Source: Promethearchaeota archaeon (lineage in GTDB: Archaea > Asgardarchaeota > Lokiarchaeia > Sigyniarchaeales > Promethearchaeaceae). From it: 24,000 bases of DNA. The notes beneath the pieces are model-generated. The model worked only from the letters and a program-made list of their open reading frames with translations. It was not told the DNA's origin and did no database searches. The stretch's first letter is position 1, and the number at the start of each line of letters is the position of its first letter. Shown piece by piece: positions 1 through 8,388 of the stretch. The position numbers and the translations under genes are program-made. Location of the stretch: assembly GCA_016933055.1 (NCBI GenBank), contig JAFGBS010000004.1:215350-239349 (forward strand). The letters run 5' to 3'.

Positions 1-248
1 AGAAATCGTATCCGATTCGAGACCCCTTTAGGACCTATTAGTTGTTCCACTCGATCAGCTACGTCATGAGTAGGAGGACACTCCACTTCCTCTTCGGGAT
101 CTAATCCCTTGCTGCGTGCAGAATTTGCAAGTGAATATATATGATCGATATCTTGTTGGATTGAAGAAAAGTACTCTTTTGTTTTTGCGTCCATTTCAAT
201 ATCTAATTCATGTTCTATGTGTGAAGGCACTGGATTGTCATTTGTCAT
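1..248 (-). CDS. polC: DNA polymerase II (PolD) large subunit DP2, N-terminal fragment; the gene continues beyond the window start
   Basis: Absent from the ORF track because it runs off the window. My reverse-strand translation from ATG at 248-246 reads MTNDNPVPSHIEHELDIEMDAKTKEYFSSIQQDIDHIYSLANSARSKGLDPEEEVECPPTHDVADRVEQLIGPKGVSNRIRFL. This fits the conserved DP2 N-terminal pattern (YF...I...Y.iA..AR.kG.DP...vE.p...D.A.RVE.LvGP.GV..RI). The alternative start M19 (MDAKTKEYF) is also possible. Confidence 0.8.
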   Translation of the reverse strand, partial: MTNDNPVPSHIEHELDIEMDAKTKEYFSSIQQDIDHIYSLANSARSKGLDPEEEVECPPTHDVADRVEQLIGPKGVSNRIRF

Positions 249-437
249 AAGATATCCGTCACTCACTAATAATATGCAAAATTTTTATGATTATTGATTA
301 GAGTATTAATAGGAAACTATTCTAAATATCTAAAACGAGTAACTTAATAATATAAAGAGTTTAACGGTTTAGACTCTATCCTCTTTTAAATTCTTAAAAA
401 ATGGGATATATATAGAGAAAACACTCGGAGATCGAGG
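249..437. promoter_or_regulatory. Shared divergent control region between the DP2 and DP1 genes
   Basis: A 189-bp AT-rich spacer lies between two divergent start codons. TATA-like runs are TTTAAATTCTTAAAAAA (about 385-401) and ATATATATAG (about 407-416). SD-like GGAG (427-430) and GAGG (434-437) sit just upstream of the DP1 ATG at 438. Confidence 0.4.
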
Positions 438-2216
438 ATGGATCCAGAAAAAAAATTCACTAAACATGATATTCTTCTTCATTTTCTCAGTGCTGGTATT
501 AACATCTCTCCTGAAGCACTAGAGGTCCTTACCCAAAAGTCTCCGAAACATAAAGACGTTGAAGAACTTATACGTGAAATTTCCTATATTCCTGGATTTA
601 GATTGCATCTCACTTTATCTATACTGCAACATACTGCATTCTACAAAACTACAACAAATAACCATCCTAGATCTTCAAATATTCCTGAAAATGAAAAAGA
701 TCTAGCTGTCAATTCTTTAGATAAAACATTAAAACTCCAGCATGCCGCTGCAAACCCCAAAAACCGAGAACAAAATAATAGCGTATCGGAAGCATTAGAA
801 CCCACTGAAAAATTAAATTCCAATGAAACACAACATAAACTTACAAAAAATCAAAGTGGAATAACTCCACTACCAGTCCCACCTTTAAATCTCACGATCA
901 AACCCTCGGGTACAAAGAGGTTTAAAGCAATTGCAAGGGATTTTTCTGAGCAGATCGAAATCTTAAAGGATCCCTCTACGGATCTCTATACTAGTGGTAC
1001 TATTGATGACTTTCTTGCTATGTATCGTGATCGCTTTCACCGTTTAAAAGAAATTTTATATAAAAATCCTGAAGTTGAAAATGTCTATCCCATAAATCAA
1101 GTAACATCTCGCCAAAGTTCTACACCTGAAATTAATGTTATCGGAATGGTAAAGGAGAAAAAAACTTCTCGCAGTGGATCTTATATAAAATTCACATTGG
1201 ATGATGAAACAGGAGAACTGGATATCCTTGTTCGTCCAGATTCTCAGAATCCCGAAATTTTTAAAAAAATGAATAATCTATTAAATGATGAGGTTATTTT
1301 TGTTTCTGGTTATTTGAACGTAGATCCCCAGAAAAGGACCTCAATTTTATTTGCAAACAATATCATCTGGCCAGATGTACCTATAGGTCACAGAATTCAA
1401 ATTCCTCCATGTGATATATCCTTTGCAATGCTATCAGATCTTCATATCGGAAGTGAAAATTTCCTAGAGAATGTGTTTCAGCGATTTATCAAATATCTTA
1501 AAGGAGAACTATTTGATACTCAAAGGGATTTAGAAGAAGCAGGAAGGATAAAATATGTAATTATTTGTGGAGACCTAGTAGATGGTATTGGGGTATATGC
1601 GGATCAGATCAATGAACTTAAAATAACCGACATATATCAACAATATGAGAAAGCTGCAGAATTACTGGCGTTATTCCCAGACTACATAAAAGTTATTTAT
1701 ATTCCGGGTAATCATGAACCCGTAAGGAAGGCAATTCCTCATCCTGCAGTACCTTCCAAATATTGTCAACCCATTTTAGATTTGGGTGTAATAAATATTG
1801 GGGATCCAAGTCTCGTCGAACTACACGGCATTAAATTTCTCTTAAATCATGGAGATGGCATTATAGATATGAATAATAACATATATGGTCTAAAAAATAA
1901 TAAACCCGCAGACACTATGAAAGAAATGTTAAAGTGTCGTCATCTAAGCCCTATGTATGGTAAAGAATGCACGGAAAAAGCTCCTTCTTCCCGAGACTGG
2001 TTAGTTATAGACCAAATTCCGCACGTGTTCCATACGGGACACATGCATATTAATGACTTATCTCATTACAACAATGTGTTACTTTTAAATTCAGGGTGCT
2101 TTCAAGCGCAAACAAAATTCATGAAAAGTTTGGGAATCACACCCACGCCTGGAAAGGTTCCTATAATATCGGTAAGTTTTGGAAAGCTGAACACAACTTT
2201 ATTAACTTTAATGTGA
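438..2216 (+). CDS. polB: DNA polymerase II (PolD) small subunit DP1, the 3'-5' exonuclease / phosphoesterase subunit
   Basis: 592-aa ORF. All calcineurin/Mre11-type phosphoesterase motifs are present in order: MLSDLHIGS (DxH), CGDLVDG (GDxxD), PGNHEP (GNHE), LNHGDG and TGHMHIN (GHxH). They are preceded by an OB-like segment (EINVIGMVKEK...VIFVSGY) and the DP1-typical KAIARDFSEQIEILKDP segment. The gene is divergent from the DP2 gene. Confidence 0.9.
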   Translation: MDPEKKFTKHDILLHFLSAGINISPEALEVLTQKSPKHKDVEELIREISYIPGFRLHLTLSILQHTAFYKTTTNNHPRSSNIPENEKDLAVNSLDKTLKLQHAAANPKNREQNNSVSEALEPTEKLNSNETQHKLTKNQSGITPLPVPPLNLTIKPSGTKRFKAIARDFSEQIEILKDPSTDLYTSGTIDDFLAMYRDRFHRLKEILYKNPEVENVYPINQVTSRQSSTPEINVIGMVKEKKTSRSGSYIKFTLDDETGELDILVRPDSQNPEIFKKMNNLLNDEVIFVSGYLNVDPQKRTSILFANNIIWPDVPIGHRIQIPPCDISFAMLSDLHIGSENFLENVFQRFIKYLKGELFDTQRDLEEAGRIKYVIICGDLVDGIGVYADQINELKITDIYQQYEKAAELLALFPDYIKVIYIPGNHEPVRKAIPHPAVPSKYCQPILDLGVINIGDPSLVELHGIKFLLNHGDGIIDMNNNIYGLKNNKPADTMKEMLKCRHLSPMYGKECTEKAPSSRDWLVIDQIPHVFHTGHMHINDLSHYNNVLLLNSGCFQAQTKFMKSLGITPTPGKVPIISVSFGKLNTTLLTLM

Positions 2217-2222
2217 TCTATT

Positions 2223-2918
2223 ATGGATTTAACAATATCGGAAAAAAACAGCATATTCTTTAAACAAATATGGAAGATATTAGGCATTACTGGTATTCCA
2301 ATAAATGATCTTGTCTATGAAATTAGTTATAAATTGAATCTTCCATACCGACCAGCTACAGTTATTAAAAAAATACAAGAAGCTCTTACTCAAGGTATTC
2401 TGAAAGAAAAGGATAAAATTTTGTTCTTAAATCAAGATGACATGAATTCTATCTTAGATGAACAACACAACATGGAAAAGAAAGTTTCTAATATGCAAGT
2501 TCCATGGAATCGATTCGAGGAAAGTTATGATACTTGGATGAATTCAACTGAACGAAAAACAGAAATTCGAGATAAGAAATCCCTAAAAATTAATTCGGTT
2601 ATTAAGAAAGTTATGAATGAAGACGCGATTGAAAAAGGTAAAGAGATTCCCATATCCCAATACCATCCAATTCTTATTGAAAAAGGTATTGAGGGAATCA
2701 TCCATAATAAAAACATGTATAATTTCAAGATAGATCTACAAAATAAAATAATCCTACACAATTGCAGTGAATTTATACACCATTTATCAGAAAAATATTT
2801 GTGCAAGCATTTTTTTCGGATTTTTATGTATCTTAAAGTAAAAGATATGGATTTATTAAAAGACATATTAATCTCGCTATTAGAAGAGAAAAATAGATGG
2901 CAATTTAAAAAAAACTGA
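2223..2918 (+). CDS. Hypothetical protein with a C-terminal SWIM-like zinc-finger signature, probably co-transcribed with DP1
   Basis: 231-aa ORF whose ATG (2223) lies 6 nt after the DP1 stop (TGA 2214-2216). The C-terminus YNFKIDLQNKIILHNCSEFIHHLSEKYLCKHFFRIFMYL resembles the SWIM CxCxnCxH motif, with the first Cys replaced by His (HxC...CxH) and the characteristic CKH. The N-terminal ~70 aa (IWKILGITGIPINDLVYEISYKLNLPYRPATVIKKIQEALTQGIL) look like a helix-turn-helix or winged-helix module. No family was recognised beyond this. Confidence 0.55.
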   Translation: MDLTISEKNSIFFKQIWKILGITGIPINDLVYEISYKLNLPYRPATVIKKIQEALTQGILKEKDKILFLNQDDMNSILDEQHNMEKKVSNMQVPWNRFEESYDTWMNSTERKTEIRDKKSLKINSVIKKVMNEDAIEKGKEIPISQYHPILIEKGIEGIIHNKNMYNFKIDLQNKIILHNCSEFIHHLSEKYLCKHFFRIFMYLKVKDMDLLKDILISLLEEKNRWQFKKN

Positions 2919-3692
2919 CTACAACCTTTTCCGGGCGTATTTTACCGCATTTTCAAAAATGATTAATCCCGTGATATGGGGATTATCCTGTCTTACCCAC
3001 TGAGGGTGGTGCTGCGGGATAAAATGACATTCTGGGTGGGGCATCATACCAAAAATCAAACCAGATTCATTACAGATCCCTGCGATACCATCTATAGATC
3101 CGTTTGGATTGTTCGGATAGGTTTTTGGATAATACGTAAAAACAATTAATCCCCTATCCCATAATTGGGCTAGAGTATCAACACTTTCAACGACAAAACG
3201 TCCCTCCCCATGTCTTACAGGTACATCTAAGGGAGAACTCATGCCTTTAGTCCATATACATGGGGAATTTTCAACAGGTTGAACCGTCACCCATCGAGAT
3301 TCAAATTGTCCAGATTGGTTTCCAGTTAAAGTCACAGTTTGCGTATAATATAGATTATTTAATGCAGGTAAAATACCCATTTTAACAAGGACTTGGAAAC
3401 CATTACATATGCCAATAATCAATTTGTCTTCTTCAATGAACTTAGAGACTTCGTCCCGTAAATTATATCGGAATTTATTGGCGAGCACTCTACCAGAACC
3501 TAAATGATCCCCAAAACTAAAACCCCCGGGGATCATCAGTATTTCATAATTTTCTAATGAATCTTTTTGAGAGATAAAATCATTAATATGCACTCGGTGG
3601 GGATCTGCACCAGCCAGTCGAAATACTTCCTCCGATTCATAATCTGTATTGATACCATATCCCGTAATTATAGCTACTCTTACCATGTTCAT
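2919..3692 (-). CDS. purQ: Phosphoribosylformylglycinamidine (FGAM) synthase glutaminase subunit PurQ
   Basis: Class-I amidotransferase motifs of the FGAM-synthase glutaminase are present: GGFSFGD, GICNGFQ (nucleophile Cys), HGEGRF and MPHPE. I place the start at ATG 3692-3690 (MNMVRVAIITGYG...), which overlaps the purL stop TGA 3691-3689 as ATGA. The ORF-track start at 3728 lies inside purL. Confidence 0.9.
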   Translation of the reverse strand: MNMVRVAIITGYGINTDYESEEVFRLAGADPHRVHINDFISQKDSLENYEILMIPGGFSFGDHLGSGRVLANKFRYNLRDEVSKFIEEDKLIIGICNGFQVLVKMGILPALNNLYYTQTVTLTGNQSGQFESRWVTVQPVENSPCIWTKGMSSPLDVPVRHGEGRFVVESVDTLAQLWDRGLIVFTYYPKTYPNNPNGSIDGIAGICNESGLIFGMMPHPECHFIPQHHPQWVRQDNPHITGLIIFENAVKYARKRL

Positions 3693-6619
3693 TTCCTCCA
3701 AGACAAGAATTGAAAAGTAGATTGCCATGCCTTTTTTAACAAAGAGAGTGGACTATTGATGATTATTCCTCCCTCCATCCCTTGTACTACGAAATTTGGA
3801 CCTTTTATAACTCCAATTTGCGCTATTTCTGTCCCTTCCATAATTTTTTCAAACTTCTCCTTATTTTTGGGGGATATCGAAACCACAATACGGCTTGCAC
3901 TCTCTGAGAACAAGAGATAATCATCACGATGGATATTTTCGCGTGGTACTTTTTTGAGATCAATATGCATTCCTAATCCCCCACTAAGGGAAGATTCTGC
4001 TAATGCTACACCTAAACCCCCATCTGAGCAATCGTGAGCAGATGCAATCAATCCCTCTTGAATCGCGTTAAATAATGCCCGATAACGAATAATTGCGCTT
4101 TTGGGTTCTACTTGAGGTACTATTGTACCTATATACCCTAACTCGTCAAAATATTCACTTCCCCCAAGTTCATTTTTGGTCGTTCCCAATACATAGACTA
4201 AATCTCCTTCTGTTTTTGCATCTAAAGTAACCACATGCTTAACATCAGGAACTTTTCCAATGACGCTAAACATTAATGTTGGGGGAACACTTACTGCGGT
4301 ATCTCCAATTCGATAATCATTTCTCATAGAATCTTTGCCAGAAATGCATGGGACTTTATAAGTAGTTGTTATGTCAAAAAGTGCTTTATTTGCTCGAACA
4401 AGTAATCCAGTATATCTTACTTCCTCCTCCTCCGTAAAACCCATTGCCCAGCAAAAATTATCTAAACCCGCAAGATAATTTGGATCTGCTCCCACACATA
4501 CCGCATTTCGTACCGCTTCATCAATAGCATTTGCTGCCATGGCATAAGTATCAATATCAGAATAACGGGGACACAATCCATGTGAAACACTCAACCCCTC
4601 CCACGAATCATATATAGGCTTAATAATTGCCGCATCGCTTGGACCGTCATTCATGACACCCATGAAAGGCTTTACTACAGTACGTGCTTGTACTTCATGA
4701 TCATATCGTCGAACAATTTCTTCTTTCGAGCAAATATTTAACCTACTTAATAGAATTTTTAGGAGAACATTATAATTGTCAACAGGTGGGATCTCAGGCT
4801 CTTTTCTTTGAATAGGTTTCCAAACTCCTTTCATCTTTTTTTGAGGAACACCTTCATGAAGAAATTCCATCAGAATCTCCCCTATTAGCTTATTTTCATA
4901 GAAAAATTGGAAACTTTTCGTAGTAGTGAATTTTCCGATAACTGTTAATTCAACATCATGTTTTTTTGATAATTCAATTAGCATGTCCAAATTCTCTGGA
5001 TCAACTGCAAGACTCATCCGTTCCTGTGCTTCACTTAACAAAATTTCCCACGGAAGTAATCCTGAATATTTTAGGGGCGCTTTTTCTAAATCTAATTGAA
5101 CACCAGTAGTGGAACCCATCTCGCCAAAACTGGAAGACAAACCCCCTGCACCATTATCAGTAATAGCGTTTAATAAATCAAGATCCCGTGCTTCTAACAG
5201 AAAATCTAACATTTTTTTCTGTACAATAGGGGAACCGATTTGTACAGCTGTACTGGGGGAGTTTTCATTGATTTCCAAAGATGAGAAGGTTGCTCCATGG
5301 ATTCCATCAGCTCCAATTCTTCCTCCCACCATGATCGCTAAATCACCGGGTTTTGGAGCTTTCTCATGAACGGGTTTGTTAGCGATGGTTGTAGGAGCAA
5401 TTCCTCCAGTACCACAAAAAACTAGGGGTTTTCCAAGGTATCGCTCATCAAAATACAAACTCCCGTTTATGGTAGGAATACCTGATTGATTTCCTCCATC
5501 AATAATTCCTTTATGAACTCCTTTTAAAACCCTTCTCGGATGGAATAGTCGAGGGGGAATTTCTCCATTGAAAAAAGGGGATGCAAAACAAAATACATCA
5601 GTATTAAAAATCAATTGAAATCCTTTCCCCGTTCCTGCAGGATCTCTATTACAACCAACAATACCCGTCAATGCTCCACCATAGGGATCTAAAGCTGTAG
5701 GAGAGTTATGAGTTTCCACTTTCATGCAAAAAATATGATCGTTATCAAATTGGATTACACCTGCATTATCCTTGAAAACCGATACCAAATATGGGGAATT
5801 GATTTCCTTGGTAGAATTTTGTATATAGGTTTTGAAAATAGAATCAATTATTTCTTTCCTATCGGATTCCTGGTACTCAATTAGTGCATTAAAAATTTTA
5901 TGTTTGCAATGCTCGGACCATGTTTGTGCAATACACTCCAATTCAATATCAGTAGGATTAAGAGGAAGTCCTTTTTTTTGCCGTTCTTTGCTTCGCTCTG
6001 TATAATGAAGCTGAATTGCTTTCATTTCCTCTAAATTAAGTGCCAACAAACGCGATTTGCTTATCTCGAGTAATTCTTCATCACTAACCATTACATTAAT
6101 ATCTTCCACAACAGGTACTGTCTGCAATTTGACTTTAGGCACGGAGGGAAAAAATCCGGAATAGGTTCCCCCATTTTTAATTGTCCATCGTTCGATTAAT
6201 TCATTTGCAAGCAGGTCTTTTACAATGATTTCTGCGATTTCTGGTTTAACACCAAAAAATAGGTATTGCTGGGAATAATATACTCCTTCTAAATCCTTAT
6301 TTATGGCATCTCTTATTGCTTCTTTAGAAGTCCTTCCAATATTATCAGTAACACCTGGTTTATATCCAATTTCCACTATAGTCCCTTCAAAAGGATTCGC
6401 AAGGGGGGAATCGATAGTATATTTTTCAATTATTGGGTCCGAAAAGACCTCTTTTGCAAGAAAATCCAAATGTTGAGGGGATAACTCCCCTCCCTCCAAG
6501 GAATATACCTTTATGGATAGAACTTTTTCAACTTCTGTAATTCCCAAATCTGTAATAATAGCATTTTTTATGCTATCAACCTGATTGATGCCCACTTCGA
6601 TTCGATGGACGTCTTTCAT
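3689..6619 (-). CDS. purL: FGAM synthase synthetase subunit with a fused PurS-like / large-PurL N-terminal domain (PurSL type)
   Basis: Motifs SEHCKHKIFN, VETHNSPTALDPYGGA, GIHGATFSS and ISGKDSMRND are typical of PurL, with duplicated AIR-synthase-like halves. About 190 extra N-terminal aa (IVEIGYKPGVTDNIGRTSKEAI...) parallel the N-domain of single-chain large PurL. I prefer the start MKDVHRIEV at 6619. The ORF-track start at 6655 would add a hydrophobic MLLFIPSFFRLN and leave only 12 nt to the divergent neighbour. Confidence 0.9.
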   Translation of the reverse strand: MKDVHRIEVGINQVDSIKNAIITDLGITEVEKVLSIKVYSLEGGELSPQHLDFLAKEVFSDPIIEKYTIDSPLANPFEGTIVEIGYKPGVTDNIGRTSKEAIRDAINKDLEGVYYSQQYLFFGVKPEIAEIIVKDLLANELIERWTIKNGGTYSGFFPSVPKVKLQTVPVVEDINVMVSDEELLEISKSRLLALNLEEMKAIQLHYTERSKERQKKGLPLNPTDIELECIAQTWSEHCKHKIFNALIEYQESDRKEIIDSIFKTYIQNSTKEINSPYLVSVFKDNAGVIQFDNDHIFCMKVETHNSPTALDPYGGALTGIVGCNRDPAGTGKGFQLIFNTDVFCFASPFFNGEIPPRLFHPRRVLKGVHKGIIDGGNQSGIPTINGSLYFDERYLGKPLVFCGTGGIAPTTIANKPVHEKAPKPGDLAIMVGGRIGADGIHGATFSSLEINENSPSTAVQIGSPIVQKKMLDFLLEARDLDLLNAITDNGAGGLSSSFGEMGSTTGVQLDLEKAPLKYSGLLPWEILLSEAQERMSLAVDPENLDMLIELSKKHDVELTVIGKFTTTKSFQFFYENKLIGEILMEFLHEGVPQKKMKGVWKPIQRKEPEIPPVDNYNVLLKILLSRLNICSKEEIVRRYDHEVQARTVVKPFMGVMNDGPSDAAIIKPIYDSWEGLSVSHGLCPRYSDIDTYAMAANAIDEAVRNAVCVGADPNYLAGLDNFCWAMGFTEEEEVRYTGLLVRANKALFDITTTYKVPCISGKDSMRNDYRIGDTAVSVPPTLMFSVIGKVPDVKHVVTLDAKTEGDLVYVLGTTKNELGGSEYFDELGYIGTIVPQVEPKSAIIRYRALFNAIQEGLIASAHDCSDGGLGVALAESSLSGGLGMHIDLKKVPRENIHRDDYLLFSESASRIVVSISPKNKEKFEKIMEGTEIAQIGVIKGPNFVVQGMEGGIIINSPLSLLKKAWQSTFQFLSWRK

Positions 6620-6667
6620 ATTTAGTCTAAAGAAAGAAGGAATAAAAAGTAACATAACTCATAGATC

Positions 6668-7534
6668 ATGCATATGACCAAGGATTCTATAATCGATGTA
6701 ATTAACCGACGAACTTCATGGAGAAGTTATGACACTGATTATTCCGTCCCCCATGAGATTTTGGACGAATTAAAGGAATATATTGCATCGTTTGAAACAG
6801 TCGGTCCCTTTGGAAATAAAGCACGATTCGAACTTCTAAGAATACCAGACGGGGAGAGAAATAGACTTAATTCTGAATACGGAACATACGGTTTTATTAA
6901 AGGTGCAGAATATTTTCTAGCAGGAGCCATCTCAAAGAAAAAATGGGCATTAGAGGATTTTGGGTATATATTTGAACACATTATCCTAAAAGCGACTGAA
7001 TTAAACCTCGGTACTTGCTGGATGGCAGGAACTTTCAAACGGAGCACGATTGCACGGGACATCAACCTTCAGCAAGACGAAATTATCCCTGCAATCACAC
7101 CCATAGGAATTCCAGCCGAATCTAGGCGTGTTGTCGGAAAATTAATTCGATTTGTTATTCGGGCAAAAAAACGCAAACCTTGGGAGGAATTATTCTTTAA
7201 TGAACCCTTTTTACCACTTAAAAAAGAGATGATTGATGAATCTTCTCAGACAGCACTGGAAATGGTTCGACTAGCACCATCAGCTAAGAACAAACAGCCC
7301 TGGAGAATAGTACTAGATTCTAAGGGCAATGCCCACTTCTATATCCAAACAGAATCACGTGATAGCCACATTCATTTTTATCAACGACTGGATATCGGAA
7401 TCGCTATGTGTCATTTTGAGTTAACAAAACGATATTTTAAGAAAGACGGGAATTGGAAAGCATTAGTACCAGAAGTCGACTTCAAATCTCAACCTTATCA
7501 TTATGTGGCTACATGGATAGAAAAAAATGATTGA
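6668..7534 (+). CDS. Nitroreductase-family flavoprotein
   Basis: 288-aa ORF with the N-terminal INRRTSWRSY (RRS.R-type) and the RLAPSAKNKQPWRIVL (aPSa.N.QPW) signatures of the nitroreductase fold. A second in-frame ATG lies at 6674. Confidence 0.8.
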   Translation: MHMTKDSIIDVINRRTSWRSYDTDYSVPHEILDELKEYIASFETVGPFGNKARFELLRIPDGERNRLNSEYGTYGFIKGAEYFLAGAISKKKWALEDFGYIFEHIILKATELNLGTCWMAGTFKRSTIARDINLQQDEIIPAITPIGIPAESRRVVGKLIRFVIRAKKRKPWEELFFNEPFLPLKKEMIDESSQTALEMVRLAPSAKNKQPWRIVLDSKGNAHFYIQTESRDSHIHFYQRLDIGIAMCHFELTKRYFKKDGNWKALVPEVDFKSQPYHYVATWIEKND

Positions 7535-7623
7535 TTAAAAAATTCGATCAAAATTGCTAATTGTTGTACTTGAAATTTTTTTAGTATTACCCAAGCTGTG
7601 ATTAGATCATAACATTAACTAAG

Positions 7624-8289
7624 ATGAAAAAAATGATTGGAAGCGAATGGGACACGATTGTTAATTATATAAAATATTATTTTGAACAATTTATGGCGTG
7701 GTTTCAAGCTCTGGAATTACCTGCACAAGTTCTGGTAGCCGTTTTACTATTTTTTGGCTTTATAGCTTTAGCTTATATCATCTACGGTTCATTCTGGATA
7801 ACAATTCAATCTATCAAGTTCTCAATTCTGGTAGCAGGAATTAGCATATATATCACATTTGTGATATTAGGTTTACCATTAGTGGCATTATCTGGTGTGA
7901 AGAATATTCCGATATACTGGACAAGAGCTGGAGAAAATGTTAAATGGTTCGTAGCTAGTATGTATCCGTTGAAAGCAGATGCAAAACCCGTAAAAATGGT
8001 ATCATATGCACCAAAAACTAGTCAAAATTCTCCTGTAGTGATCATCAAAGAAAAGAATGCACAACCAAAATTGGAACGACTTCAATCGGTGGATTATGGA
8101 TCGAAAACAGAACACTATCATCAAGAACCATCCGAAGAAATTCCACAGCTTATTGATTCACCTAAAGTCATTGAAAGCTTTTGCCCAGATTGCGGGGCGC
8201 CATTTAGTGAGCGTATGAAATACGTTCTTTCAGAGAAAATATTCACATTTTGTGAAGAATGTGGCTCCAAGATCTATAAACGGGAATAA
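7624..8289 (+). CDS. Hypothetical membrane protein with a C-terminal zinc ribbon
   Basis: 221-aa ORF. It has two to three hydrophobic helices (VLVAVLLFFGFIALAYIIYGSFWI, FSILVAGISIYITFVILGLPLVAL), a polar linker, and then CPDCG-x17-CEECG (CxxC...CxxC). Confidence 0.55.
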   Translation: MKKMIGSEWDTIVNYIKYYFEQFMAWFQALELPAQVLVAVLLFFGFIALAYIIYGSFWITIQSIKFSILVAGISIYITFVILGLPLVALSGVKNIPIYWTRAGENVKWFVASMYPLKADAKPVKMVSYAPKTSQNSPVVIIKEKNAQPKLERLQSVDYGSKTEHYHQEPSEEIPQLIDSPKVIESFCPDCGAPFSERMKYVLSEKIFTFCEECGSKIYKRE

Positions 8290-8308
8290 GAAATATCTTA
8301 AATTCTGA

Positions 8309-8320
8309 TTTTTATTTTTT
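8309..8320 (+). terminator. Oligo-T tract downstream of the membrane zinc-ribbon gene; candidate archaeal terminator
   Basis: TTTTT (8309-8313) and TTTTTT (8315-8320) lie about 20 nt after the stop at 8289. Confidence 0.3.
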
Positions 8321-8388
8321 CGTTCTAATATTCTGCTTTTTTCTCTTTATCAAATCATTATATAATAACTATGGGAAATAGGCAGAAA

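Noticed and set aside
3693-3728. N-terminal extension of purQ (MAIYFSILVLEE) given by the ORF track.
   Set aside because: It lies inside the purL coding region. The conserved PurQ N-terminus begins at MNMVRVAIITGYG, and the ATG at 3692 forms a classic ATGA overlap with the purL stop.
6620-6655. Upstream ATG (6655) for purL, adding MLLFIPSFFRLN.
   Set aside because: It would leave only 12 nt between divergent start codons and adds a non-conserved hydrophobic peptide. The MKDVHRIEV start at 6619 is more plausible, but the longer form cannot be excluded without N-terminal or TSS data.
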